Notes: generated by a model from the sequence alone, not told the origin. A stretch of 64,000 nt of DNA from an uncultured Syntrophaceae bacterium (GCA_964433455.1 CAYSSF010000001.1:610-64609), one strand, 5' to 3'. Shown: positions 9,055 through 19,313, counted from the stretch's first letter. Numbers and translations are program-made.

Positions 9055-9459
9055 ATGGAGGTTCCTTTGGATAGAAAACTGTTGATTGTGGACGATGAGC
9101 GGTCCATCCGCGATCTTTTTGAGTCGGCTTTCAGCGATCCCGGTTATCAGATCCATCTGGCCGAGGATGGTGAACAGGCGCTTGATATTCTGAAACGGCA
9201 CGATATCAAACTGATTTTTCTGGATCTGAAACTGTTCGGAATGAACGGCATTGAACTGTGCAGAAGGATCAGGAAAGATAAGCCGATTTCCATTATTTAT
9301 GCGATTACCGGCTGGGCGGGTCTTTTTGAAGTCGAAGAGTGCCGGGAAGCGGGCTTCGATGATTTTTTTACCAAACCGGTCCAACTGGAGATCATCTTCA
9401 AGGCTGTTGAAAATGCCTTTGAAAAACTTGAACGCTGGGCCAGGAGATATCCCGTCTGA
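9055..9459 (+). CDS. Single-domain response regulator
   Basis: MEVPLDRKLLIVDDE...FLDLKLFGMNG...FFTKP receiver motifs. In-frame ATG 9055 within ORF 8989..9459. Confidence 0.85.
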   Translation: MEVPLDRKLLIVDDERSIRDLFESAFSDPGYQIHLAEDGEQALDILKRHDIKLIFLDLKLFGMNGIELCRRIRKDKPISIIYAITGWAGLFEVEECREAGFDDFFTKPVQLEIIFKAVENAFEKLERWARRYPV

Positions 9460-9517
9460 TCACGGACGGCTTCCGGGAAGGACCAACGGAAGCAACCGAT
9501 ACGTCCCATGCCGGACC

Positions 9518-10957
9518 TTACTCCTCGCTTGTCTCCAAGCTATCGTCCATAATCTTGAAACGTTTCAGTTTTTCAACAAGCGTCGTCCGGTTCAGGTTGA
9601 GCAGTTTGGCCGCCCTGTTTTTGACACCGCTGGCCTTGCTGAGTGCCTGGAGCAGAAGATCTTTTTCAAATTGGCTCACCATATCGTTGAAATTGAGGCC
9701 GTCCACCGGTAAATCAATGTGCCGGGAAGAAGAAGCGGAAGTGGAAGTGGAAGTGGAAGTGGAAGTGGTCGGCACATTTCCCTGATTGTGAAGTTTTGGC
9801 GGGAGATCGCCGACCTCGATCTCACCATCGTCTTTCATGACGACAAACATTTCGATCAGGTTTTCCAGTTCCCTCACATTGCCGGGCCACGGATAGCGCA
9901 TGAAATAATGGAGGACATCCGGAGAAAAGCGGGCGAGGTGTTTCTTTTTCAACTTGTTAAATTTTGACAGGAAGTGATTGGCCAGAATGGCGATATCCGG
10001 TCCCCGGTCGCGCAGCGGCGGGAGATGAATCGGGATCACATTGATCCGATAAAAGAGATCTTCACGAAATTTCTTTTCAATCACCGCCTGTTCAAGATCT
10101 TGATTGGACGCCGCGATGATCCGAACATCCGCACGGATGGTTTTAATGCCGCCGATGCGTTCGAATTCCTTTTCCTGAATGACCCGCAGCATCTTGACCT
10201 GCAATGCCGGGCTCATGTCGCCGATTTCATCAAGGAAGATCGTTCCCCCCTGGGCCAACTCAAAACGTCCGATGCGGCAGCGAATGGCGCCGGTGAAGGC
10301 CCCTTTTTCATGACCGAAGAGTTCGCTTTCGAGAAGTTCCTCAGGGATCGCGCCGCAATTGACGGGAACGAGAGGCTGGTTTTTCCGGTCGCTGTTGTAA
10401 TGAATGGCCCTTGCCACCAGTTCCTTTCCGGTTCCGCTTTCACCGCCGATCAGGATGGTACTGTCCGAGGCCGAAACTTTTTCAATCGTTTCAAAGACGC
10501 TTTTCATGCAGTCGCTGTAACCGATCATCTTGCCAAAATCATACTTCTCTCGGAGATGCCCCTTTAAGGTCAAGTTTTCTTCTTTGAGCTGGACGAAGGA
10601 GAGGGCCCGGGAGACGGTCAACTTGACAAGATCATCCTTCAGCGGTTTCACAATGTAATCAAAGGCCCCCAACTTCATGGCGTCTACGGCGGTGTTCACC
10701 GTTCCGTATCCGGTAATCACGACGACCACCTGGTCCGGATTCATCTCCTTGCTGAATTTGAGCAGTTCCAGGCCATCGGCCAGGGGCATTCTTAAATCGG
10801 TGATGAGCAGGTCATATTTTTCCTCCACCAGGGCATCCATGGCCTTCCTGCCATTTTCGACCGCCATGACGTCGTAATCGCTCATGGTTAATAATTCTGA
10901 AAGGTTCGCGCGGCTCAGGTCATTGTCCTCGGCAATCAAGATTCTGGGGTTCTTCAT
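9518..10957 (-). CDS. Sigma-54-dependent response regulator (NtrC/FlgR/FleR family)
   Basis: REC domain, AAA+ domain (GESGTGKE Walker A, GAFTGA loop 'EKGAFTGA') and a C-terminal Fis-type HTH. ATG 10957 ([12 protein letters not shown]); GTG 10969 is an alternative start. Confidence 0.92.
   Translation of the reverse strand: MKNPRILIAEDNDLSRANLSELLTMSDYDVMAVENGRKAMDALVEEKYDLLITDLRMPLADGLELLKFSKEMNPDQVVVVITGYGTVNTAVDAMKLGAFDYIVKPLKDDLVKLTVSRALSFVQLKEENLTLKGHLREKYDFGKMIGYSDCMKSVFETIEKVSASDSTILIGGESGTGKELVARAIHYNSDRKNQPLVPVNCGAIPEELLESELFGHEKGAFTGAIRCRIGRFELAQGGTIFLDEIGDMSPALQVKMLRVIQEKEFERIGGIKTIRADVRIIAASNQDLEQAVIEKKFREDLFYRINVIPIHLPPLRDRGPDIAILANHFLSKFNKLKKKHLARFSPDVLHYFMRYPWPGNVRELENLIEMFVVMKDDGEIEVGDLPPKLHNQGNVPTTSTSTSTSTSASSSRHIDLPVDGLNFNDMVSQFEKDLLLQALSKASGVKNRAAKLLNLNRTTLVEKLKRFKIMDDSLETSEE
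9737..9768. repeat. Hexanucleotide microsatellite (GGAAGT)x5 plus partial unit
   Basis: Read directly from the sequence. It encodes (Thr-Ser)n, '[12 protein letters not shown]', in the AAA+/HTH linker of the sigma-54 activator. Confidence 0.95.
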
Positions 10958-11147
10958 ATTGTCTCTCACCGAGGTTCCAATGATGATGGGTCAGCCGGGA
11001 AATGTTTTTTCAATTAACATATAGGATAAACCGGATTAGAAAACAATAGGCAACCACGCGGTTGCGCCAAAATATTTGCACGGCGGAGATGACGGCCTAT
11101 TCCATGCGTTATGAATTTTACACGAAAGAAACAGATTATCCTTCATA

Positions 11148-11163
11148 TGGCATAAATATTGAA
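11148..11163 (+). promoter_or_regulatory. Sigma-54-like promoter, variant -12 (TGGCAT-N5-TTGAA)
   Basis: Correct GG-N10 spacing with GA at -12. Lies ~97 nt upstream of the cheR ATG. Confidence 0.3.
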
Positions 11164-11259
11164 GTGCACCGGTGAAGAATAAAGCTGTCCCTGTCGAGGG
11201 AAGGGATGCTGTCCAGGATGGCAGCCATAAACTGAACCGGATCGCCTTTGATTTTTGCC

Positions 11260-12093
11260 ATGAACGCTTCCGACCTGAAGGATATGGATTATGAGCGAAT
11301 CAGCCGCCTCGTTTACGAGCAGTGCGGCATCAATCTCCATGAAGGCAAGAAAGAGCTGGTGAAGGCCAGACTCGGCAAGCGGCTCAGAGAGGGGAACTTC
11401 AAATCCTTCGGAGAGTACTACCGTTATGTGACGACCGATGACGGGACGGCGGAATTGATTGCGATGATCGACTCCCTTTCGACAAACCTGACCTACTTTT
11501 TCAGAGAAGAGAGCCATTTTCAAAAATTACGCACCCTGATTGCTTCAAAGGCCAAAATGCCCAACAAGGAGGGACTGCCGGAAAAGTTGCGGATCTGGAG
11601 CGCCGGTTGTTCGACGGGGGAAGAACCCTACTCTCTTGCGATGACGGTCGTTGAAAGTTTAAACGGGTCATCCGGAGACGTCAAAATTATGGCGACGGAC
11701 ATTTCCACCAGGGTATTGCAGACGGCCGATAAAGGGATTTTCCCCAAGGATAGGCTGAACAATGTGCCTTCTGCGATCCTGAAGAGATATTTTCAAATGG
11801 GTTTCGGGAGCTATGAGGGCCAGTTCCTTATTAAAAAAAACATCCGGGGCATGATCCGATTCTCGCGATTCAACCTGATGGAAACGCCGCCCCCCAATTA
11901 CCGATTTGACGTCATTTTCTGCAGAAACGTGATGATCTATTTTGACAAGGCAACCCAGGAGTCGCTGGTTCGCCGGTTTCAGCAGTGCCTGAACAAGGGG
12001 GGGCATCTGTTTATCGGCCATTCTGAGAGCCTGACCGGATTGTCTCATGAATTGAAATATGTTGAACCCAGTGTCTACCGGAAGCAAGGTTAA
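11260..12093 (+). CDS. cheR: Chemotaxis protein methyltransferase
   Basis: 'WSAGCSTGEEPYSLAM' SAM-binding motif and 'IFCRNVMIYF'. ATG 11260; TTG 11248 is an alternative start. Confidence 0.92.
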   Translation: MNASDLKDMDYERISRLVYEQCGINLHEGKKELVKARLGKRLREGNFKSFGEYYRYVTTDDGTAELIAMIDSLSTNLTYFFREESHFQKLRTLIASKAKMPNKEGLPEKLRIWSAGCSTGEEPYSLAMTVVESLNGSSGDVKIMATDISTRVLQTADKGIFPKDRLNNVPSAILKRYFQMGFGSYEGQFLIKKNIRGMIRFSRFNLMETPPPNYRFDVIFCRNVMIYFDKATQESLVRRFQQCLNKGGHLFIGHSESLTGLSHELKYVEPSVYRKQG

Positions 12094-12099
12094 GGGCGT

Positions 12100-12582
12100 A
12101 TGAGCGATATTATCGTGGGAATTTCCGATCTGAAGGTGAGCAACCATCCGGGAGATGCGCTGATCACCTATGCCCTGGGCTCCTGTATCGGTATCGCCGT
12201 TTTCGATCCGAAGGTGAAGGTCGGGGGGCTGCTGCACTTCATGCTTCCGGACTCTTCGCTGGACGAGAACAAGGCGAGGACAACGCCGTGCATGTTTGCC
12301 GATACGGGCATTATCGCTCTCTTCAAGGCTTGCTACGCCCACGGGGCGGAAAAAAGGAGAATGGTGGTCAAGGTCGCCGGCGGTGCGAATATTCTGGACG
12401 ATACAAACTATTTTCGCATCGGTCAGAAGAACATCATGGCGATGAGAAAGATTTTTTGGCGCAACAATGTCTTGATCGACAGCGAAGAGACAGGGGAAAG
12501 TTTCAACCGAACCGTGAGACTCGAGCTATCGAGTGGACGGTGCATCCTGAAAAGCTCAAACGGCACGGTGAAAGACCTATGA
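12100..12582 (+). CDS. cheD: Chemoreceptor glutamine deamidase
   Basis: 160 aa with 'ALGSCIGIAVFDP' and 'GLLHFMLP', typical of CheD. Confidence 0.9.
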   Translation: MSDIIVGISDLKVSNHPGDALITYALGSCIGIAVFDPKVKVGGLLHFMLPDSSLDENKARTTPCMFADTGIIALFKACYAHGAEKRRMVVKVAGGANILDDTNYFRIGQKNIMAMRKIFWRNNVLIDSEETGESFNRTVRLELSSGRCILKSSNGTVKDL

Positions 12583-13427
12583 TCATCACCAGCATACTCA
12601 AATCCGTGGACATGATTCCCGCCTTTCCGGCAGCGATCCAGAAGGTCTCTGAACTGCTCAGAGATGAGGATTACGCTGTTGCCGATGTGGTCAATGTGAT
12701 CAAGCATGATCAGGCGATTGCAGCCAACATTCTCAAGATAAGCAATTCCGCCTACTTCAGCGCAAGGCAAAAAATCAAGACCATTCACGACGCGGTTGTC
12801 TATCTCGGCCAGAAACAACTGGTCCGTGCCGTGCAGACGGCCGGCATATCAAAAATATACCAAAAAGGCGGCAAGGGGTACGCTTCGCAAGCAAGCGATT
12901 TTTGGGAACATTCCGTGGCTGTCGCGCTGATGTCTCAAATTCTCTGCAGAAAGATTCAAGGGCGGGAAGATCCGATCCTCTATACGGCGGCGCTGCTGCA
13001 TGACGTCGGCAAGGTGATCATGGGAGAATACGTCCACGAATATTTTCAAAAGATCATCGATTGCGTCACGGAGACGAAATGTTCCTTTCTCGAGGCCGAA
13101 GAAGAGTTTATCGGGATCAACCACGCCAATCTTGGAGGCCGGATTGCCGAACACTGGAACTTCCCCTCTGAAATCAGGGACGCCATCGCATATCATCACC
13201 GGCCCGACCTGCTGGAGGAAGAGGGCAGCACCCACGCCTCTTTGGTTTACTTATCCGATCAGGCCTGCCTGATGATGGGATTGACGGGCGGTTTCGACGC
13301 CCTGGCGTATACGGGTCTTGAGGATGTCATGCGGCATTTCGACCTCAGAACGGCGGATCTGGAGCAGAGCTTGATCGAACTGCTGAACGAATTGGAAAGA
13401 GCACGGGATTTAATGAATATCGGATAA
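12579..13427 (+). CDS. HDOD domain protein
   Basis: ATG 12579 overlaps the cheD stop (ATGA). 'IPAFPAAIQKVSELL', 'DQAIAANILKISNSAYF' and 'AALLHDVGKV' match the HDOD pattern. Confidence 0.85.
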   Translation: MIITSILKSVDMIPAFPAAIQKVSELLRDEDYAVADVVNVIKHDQAIAANILKISNSAYFSARQKIKTIHDAVVYLGQKQLVRAVQTAGISKIYQKGGKGYASQASDFWEHSVAVALMSQILCRKIQGREDPILYTAALLHDVGKVIMGEYVHEYFQKIIDCVTETKCSFLEAEEEFIGINHANLGGRIAEHWNFPSEIRDAIAYHHRPDLLEEEGSTHASLVYLSDQACLMMGLTGGFDALAYTGLEDVMRHFDLRTADLEQSLIELLNELERARDLMNIG

Positions 13428-13445
13428 GTTCGTCATGAGGGGACT

Positions 13446-13877
13446 ATGTCATTCAATGTTATGATCGTCGACGATTCAGGCGCCATGCGGTCCGTCATCA
13501 AGAAGGTCATCACCATCTCGGGTTTCAAGATGAGCCTCTGCCTGGAGGCCGGCAATGGCCGGGAAGCGCTGGAGCGATTGCAGGGAAACTGGGTGGATGT
13601 CATCATCTCGGACATCAACATGCCGGAGATGGGAGGGTTGGAGCTGCTGCAGGCGTTGAGCCAGGACACGCTTTATCGAAATATTCCCGCGATCATTGTG
13701 TCCACGGAGGGAAGCAGCGAGCGGATGAAGGAGGCCCTGGATCGAGGGGCAAAGGGATTTATTAAAAAACCCTTTCTGCCGGAAGATATCCGGAGCGTCC
13801 TCTATGACGTGATAGGAGTGGGAACCGATGGCGAATATCAAGACGATTCAAGAAATGCTGACGAGGGCGATTTTTGA
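13446..13877 (+). CDS. CheY-like response regulator
   Basis: 'VMIVDDSGAMR', 'ISDINMPEMGG' and 'GFIKKPF'. 143 aa with an acidic tail. Confidence 0.88.
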   Translation: MSFNVMIVDDSGAMRSVIKKVITISGFKMSLCLEAGNGREALERLQGNWVDVIISDINMPEMGGLELLQALSQDTLYRNIPAIIVSTEGSSERMKEALDRGAKGFIKKPFLPEDIRSVLYDVIGVGTDGEYQDDSRNADEGDF

Positions 13878-14289
13878 AGTATTTGAAAAGATGTATTACG
13901 TCTTTTCCGAACCCCTGAGGGGCAACGGCGGGAATTACCGAATGAAATCGACCATAACCTTCAGCGGTTCCGCCAACGGACGGATCCAGATTCTTCTCTC
14001 CAGGGGGATCGCCGTGGCGATGGTGAAAAATATGTTGAATCTCGAGCAGAATGAGATCGATCTCCCGATCATGGCGGATTGCGTCAAGGAGTCGCTCAAC
14101 ATGATCTGCGGGAATTTTTTACGGAAGCTCGATCCGGAGCGGGTGTTTGATCTTTCGTTCCCGACGTTCGAAATGATTTCGGATGATGGCGATGAAGGTC
14201 CGGAGGCAACGGATCATCGGATGGATTTAACCTTTGTTGCGGATGACGGCCATATCAAGGTGATCCTGACCGCGCCGGATATGCTTTAG
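13828..14289 (+). CDS. CheX/CheC-like phosphatase-domain protein
   Basis: 153 aa. 'RAIFEVFEKMYY' and 'VKESLNMICGNFL' resemble the CheX-like domain. Overlaps the preceding gene by 50 nt, so the start is uncertain. Confidence 0.65.
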   Translation: MANIKTIQEMLTRAIFEVFEKMYYVFSEPLRGNGGNYRMKSTITFSGSANGRIQILLSRGIAVAMVKNMLNLEQNEIDLPIMADCVKESLNMICGNFLRKLDPERVFDLSFPTFEMISDDGDEGPEATDHRMDLTFVADDGHIKVILTAPDML

Positions 14290-14367
14290 CCGGCTCATCC
14301 CCGCGTGCATTGTTACCGTTGGCCATCCGCCGGACGGGCGGGATCAAGCGTTTGCCGCTGACCATGA

Positions 14368-15405
<1,038 letters not shown>

Positions 15406-15408
15406 TCC

Positions 15409-17601
15409 ATGAATTACAGTACATTGACCAAGTCGATCGATGATCTCGCCTCGGATCTGGTTTTTCTCGACAGCAGAGAGGTTGACATCCCTTCATCGGG
15501 TAAATTTATGAACCGCCTGGAGGAGATTATCAAGGCCGCCGAACCCCTCTCCATGTCCACAGTGACGCGTGTGGCCACGGGACTGAATCATCTTCTGGAA
15601 AAGATGGTCTTCGATGCATTGGAAGACAAGGAGGAGGGGTTCAACGCTTTTGAAAAAGGCATCGCGTTGATGCAGGAAATCACCCAGCATGGCGGGCAGG
15701 ACAACGACGGCCGCGTCGACGTTCAGCCGTTTATGGAAACCGTTGCATCGCTTACCGGCGTTCCCGCCCTTCGGGATATGAATTCCGCCGGCGTCGTCGA
15801 GGAACGGAAGGCCCCCGCGCCGGAAGAAAAGAGTGAGGTCTCCGATCCCTCGCTGGCCTCTGATTTTGTTGCGGAGGGGCTGGAATATATCGATGAAATC
15901 GAGGTCAATATCCTCAACCTGGAGCAGAACCCGGAAGACACGGACTGCATCAACGCGATCTTCAGACCCTTTCACTCGATCAAAGGGGTAGCCGGATTTC
16001 TCAACCTGGAAAAAATTAGAGATCTCGCCCACAATCTGGAAAACCTCCTGGACAAGGCGAGAAACCACGAACTGCAGGTCGCCCCCCCGTTGATCGATCT
16101 CATTCTGGACGGCACGGATGCGCTGAAGGCGCTGATCCTGCGGTTGAAGGATGAACTTGAAGGCCAGCCGCCCACCCCCTTTCAGATCGATCTTGCGGCC
16201 CTTCTGCAAAAAATCCGGGCCGTGGAAAAGGGGGAAGAGGAAGCGCCCGCAAAGAGGAAACTGGGGGAAATCCTCGTCAGCGAAGGGGTGGTGGCGCAGG
16301 ATGACGTCGATCAGGCGCTCATGGCTCCCCAAGCGCTGCCATCCAAGAAGATTGGAGAACTCCTGATCGAAGAAGGCAAAGCGACGACAAGACAGGTCTC
16401 GCAGGCCCTGAGAAAACAGACGGAACAGTCATCGGACTCGTCTACACTGCGGGTCGACACCCGCAAACTGGACGATTTGATCGACATGGTCGGCGAGTTG
16501 GTGATCACACAGTCCATGATCCATCAGGATCTCAGCCGGCAGGTGAACGCCGACAAAAGCCTGATGCGGGATATCACCCAGTTTTTCCGAATCACCTCCA
16601 GCCTGCAGAGAACGTCGATGAGTCTCCGGATGATCCCCATTCGTCAGACCTTCCAGCGCATGTCGCGATTGATCAGGGATCTGGCCAAAAAATCGGGAAA
16701 GATCGTAAACGTCGAAATGGACGGGGAAGAGACGGAGATCGACCGAAACATGGTGGATGAAATCTATAATCCGCTGGTCCACATGGTCCGCAATGCCGTC
16801 GATCACGGGCTGGAAACGCCGGAGGATCGGGTGAAGGCGGGCAAGTCGGAGAAGGGGGCGATCAGCCTGCGGGCCTATCATCGCGGAGGAAATATCGTCA
16901 TCGAGATCTCCGACAACGGCCGGGGATTGAACAGACAGAAGATCCTGAACAAAGCCCTGGAGAAAGGGCTGATCACCGATGCGGGGGATTTTGCCGAGCA
17001 GGATATCTACAAGATGATTCTCCTGCCCGGTTTTTCGACCGCGGATAAGGTCACCGATGTCTCCGGCCGCGGCGTGGGAATGGATGTGGTGAAGCAATCC
17101 GTGGAGAAGCTGCGCGGCAAGATGGATATCGAAAGCAGACCCGGCAACGGAACGACTTTCACCACAAGATTTCCGTTGACGCTTGCCATTATTGACGGGA
17201 TGATGGTAAAGGTGGGCCAGGAGGTCTATATCATACCGACGATGGCCATCCGCCAGACCCTGCGGCCGTCCCGGGAACAATATAATGTCGTCGTCAACAA
17301 GGGAGAGACCATCAATGTGATGGGTCGATTGCTCTCGTTGGTCAGGTTGTCCGATGTCTTGGGGGGAAAATCTGTACGAGAGGATCCATGGGAGGCGATC
17401 GTCGTGGTCGTCGAAGGGGAAAATCGCACAAAATGTCTCCTCGTTGACGAGGTCATCGGCAAAGCCGAAGTGGTGATCAAGAGTCTCGGATCGGGTTTGA
17501 AACACATCAAGGGGGTTTCGGGTGGCGCCATTTTGGGAGACGGACGAGTCGGGCTGATTCTGGATCCGGAAGGGCTGTTCGAGCTAAGCGAGGAGAAGTG
17601 A
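15409..17601 (+). CDS. cheA: Chemotaxis histidine kinase CheA (atypical N-terminus and P2 region)
   Basis: Hpt 'FRPFHSIKGVAGF', HATPase 'ISDNGRGLN' and 'GRGVGMDVV', and a C-terminal CheW-like P5 domain. 730 aa. Confidence 0.95.
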   Translation: MNYSTLTKSIDDLASDLVFLDSREVDIPSSGKFMNRLEEIIKAAEPLSMSTVTRVATGLNHLLEKMVFDALEDKEEGFNAFEKGIALMQEITQHGGQDNDGRVDVQPFMETVASLTGVPALRDMNSAGVVEERKAPAPEEKSEVSDPSLASDFVAEGLEYIDEIEVNILNLEQNPEDTDCINAIFRPFHSIKGVAGFLNLEKIRDLAHNLENLLDKARNHELQVAPPLIDLILDGTDALKALILRLKDELEGQPPTPFQIDLAALLQKIRAVEKGEEEAPAKRKLGEILVSEGVVAQDDVDQALMAPQALPSKKIGELLIEEGKATTRQVSQALRKQTEQSSDSSTLRVDTRKLDDLIDMVGELVITQSMIHQDLSRQVNADKSLMRDITQFFRITSSLQRTSMSLRMIPIRQTFQRMSRLIRDLAKKSGKIVNVEMDGEETEIDRNMVDEIYNPLVHMVRNAVDHGLETPEDRVKAGKSEKGAISLRAYHRGGNIVIEISDNGRGLNRQKILNKALEKGLITDAGDFAEQDIYKMILLPGFSTADKVTDVSGRGVGMDVVKQSVEKLRGKMDIESRPGNGTTFTTRFPLTLAIIDGMMVKVGQEVYIIPTMAIRQTLRPSREQYNVVVNKGETINVMGRLLSLVRLSDVLGGKSVREDPWEAIVVVVEGENRTKCLLVDEVIGKAEVVIKSLGSGLKHIKGVSGGAILGDGRVGLILDPEGLFELSEEK

Positions 17602-17616
17602 TGCGAGGAGGGTACG

Positions 17617-17997
17617 ATGGATAAGCATATCAAAATCATGGTGGTTGACGATTTTGCGACCATGCGGAAAGTGATCCGAAATCTTTTGAAGCAGGTCGGA
17701 TATGAAAACATCGTCGAGGCGGAAGACGGCGTCATCGCCTTGAAGACGTTGAAATCACAAAAGATCGATCTGGTCGTTTCGGATTGGAATATGCCGAACA
17801 TGACTGGATTGGAACTGCTCAAGGCGGTTCGGGCCGATGAGGATCTGAAGGCGACGCCGTTTCTGATGGTGACCGCCGAGGCGCTGCAGGATAACGTGAT
17901 TGCCGCCGTCAAGGCAGGCGTCAGCAATTACATCGTCAAGCCGTTTACCGCGGAAGTCCTGAACGACAAAATTACGAAGATCCTGGAAAAGATCTGA
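17617..17997 (+). CDS. cheY: Chemotaxis response regulator CheY
   Basis: 126 aa with 'IMVVDDFATMR', 'VSDWNMPNMTG' and 'NYIVKPFT'. Confidence 0.94.
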   Translation: MDKHIKIMVVDDFATMRKVIRNLLKQVGYENIVEAEDGVIALKTLKSQKIDLVVSDWNMPNMTGLELLKAVRADEDLKATPFLMVTAEALQDNVIAAVKAGVSNYIVKPFTAEVLNDKITKILEKI

Positions 17998-18022
17998 AAG
18001 ATATTCACGGGAAGGAGCGATC

Positions 18023-18499
18023 ATGAATGTACAGTTTATCAACCCTTTTTTAGAGGGGACCATGGATGTCCTGAAAACAATGGCCATGCTGGAACCGACC
18101 GTCGGCAAACCTTACCTTAAAAAGGGCAATCAGGCCAAGGGGGATGTTTCCGGAATCATCGGGATGACGGGCTCCGCTCGCGGTTCCCTTGCCTTGAGCT
18201 TCAGCGAAAAAAGCATTCTGATGATCGTTTCCAATATGCTCGGTGAAACATACACGGAGATCAACGATGAGGTGAGGGATGCGGTGGGAGAGATCACGAA
18301 CATGATTTCCGGAGTGGCCAGGAAAAAACTGGAGTCTCAGGGCTATAATATCCTGGCGGCCATTCCCACGGTTGTCTCCGGGAAGGATCATGCGATTCTT
18401 CATGTCCTCGGAGGACCGAGCATCATCATCCCCTTTGATCTGGAGAACGGCGCCTTTTTCGTCGATGTCTGCCTGGACGACACGAGAAAGGATAAGTGA
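18023..18499 (+). CDS. cheX: CheY-P phosphatase CheX
   Basis: 158 aa with 'FINPFLEGT' and 'GEITNMISGVARK'. A good RBS, GGAAGGAG, lies upstream. Confidence 0.88.
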   Translation: MNVQFINPFLEGTMDVLKTMAMLEPTVGKPYLKKGNQAKGDVSGIIGMTGSARGSLALSFSEKSILMIVSNMLGETYTEINDEVRDAVGEITNMISGVARKKLESQGYNILAAIPTVVSGKDHAILHVLGGPSIIIPFDLENGAFFVDVCLDDTRKDK

Positions 18500-18545
18500 C
18501 CGTACGGAAGGCGGGCGGCAGATCAGGGAAACGCAATGGTCCTGA

Positions 18546-19088
18546 TCAATCATCCCCTTTTCTTTGTCTGATCAACGTCCTTTCGGTCTCGAAAACAAAT
18601 CGGATGATCATGTCCCGGATCTTATGATCCATCTCGGTAAAACGGACATTGATAAAATAACCGCCTCTCTGACTTCCAACACGGACAGCTTCCCCGTAAG
18701 CGTAAATTGCCGTAGATTTCTGAAGGCTCAGGATCATCTTGCATTCCAGGATATCTCCAAGCGAATAGGCCTGCTGGGACGAAAACTTCATCCCGCCCCC
18801 GCTGAGGGAGACAAATTTAAACGGCAAAGAATGAAATCCTTCACACTGGAGCCCGACCTCTTTGATGATCAAATCCAGTTTTTGGTTCAATCGCCTTAGA
18901 GATTCGATCTGGGGATGACTTGCCAGGGGGGGCATCAGTTTGAAGTCCGCCAGCATCACATCCGCGGAAATCCTCGCTTTCACCAGTCCATGCTCTTCCT
19001 TGTCCAGAAGGCGGAATCCAACCGGAATATAGACGTCGACACGTGAGCATTCTCTTCGATTGCCTGTCATTGTGGTCGAATCAATCAT
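18546..19088 (-). CDS. PilZ domain protein with long insertion between binding motifs
   Basis: RECSR (RxxxR) and 'SLSGGG' ((D/N)xSxxG-like) are separated by 77 residues. ATG 19088 is preceded by GAAAGAAGGG; TTG 19112 is an alternative start. Confidence 0.72.
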   Translation of the reverse strand: MIDSTTMTGNRRECSRVDVYIPVGFRLLDKEEHGLVKARISADVMLADFKLMPPLASHPQIESLRRLNQKLDLIIKEVGLQCEGFHSLPFKFVSLSGGGMKFSSQQAYSLGDILECKMILSLQKSTAIYAYGEAVRVGSQRGGYFINVRFTEMDHKIRDMIIRFVFETERTLIRQRKGDD

Positions 19089-19297
19089 GGAGCCCTTCTT
19101 TCTCTGCTTCAATACAATCGCGCCCGCCTTTGTTCAGACGCAATCCCGGGCGGGAGATGCTTATCGGTCTCTTCTCCGGAGAAGAGCCGATCGCCGGAGA
19201 GCTGACGCGGCCGCTCGGAAGAACAAATACGCAAAAGAAATGCCATCGCAACGGCAATCCAATCATTATTCGCTCCGGGGTGTCGGGATGGAGAGGG

Positions 19298-19313
19298 TGG
19301 TATGTTAGTTGCA
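19298..19313 (+). promoter_or_regulatory. Sigma-54 promoter (TGGTAT-N5-TTGCA) upstream of fliH
   Basis: The GG-N10-GC spacing is exact. Lies 38 nt upstream of the fliH start. Confidence 0.55.

Noticed and set aside
18521-18547. 7-bp inverted repeat GATCAGG...CCTGATC between the convergent cheX and PilZ genes, as a possible bidirectional terminator.
   Set aside because: The stem is short, the loop is 13 nt, there is no T/A tract, and it overlaps the PilZ stop codon. Too weak to call.
19161-19168. ACCGATAA (minus strand) upstream of PilZ, and AGCGATAA at 26229..26236 upstream of the SLT gene, as sigma-28 -10 boxes.
   Set aside because: Neither has a TAAAGT/TCAAGT -35 element at the 12-nt spacing shared by the six convincing FliA promoters.
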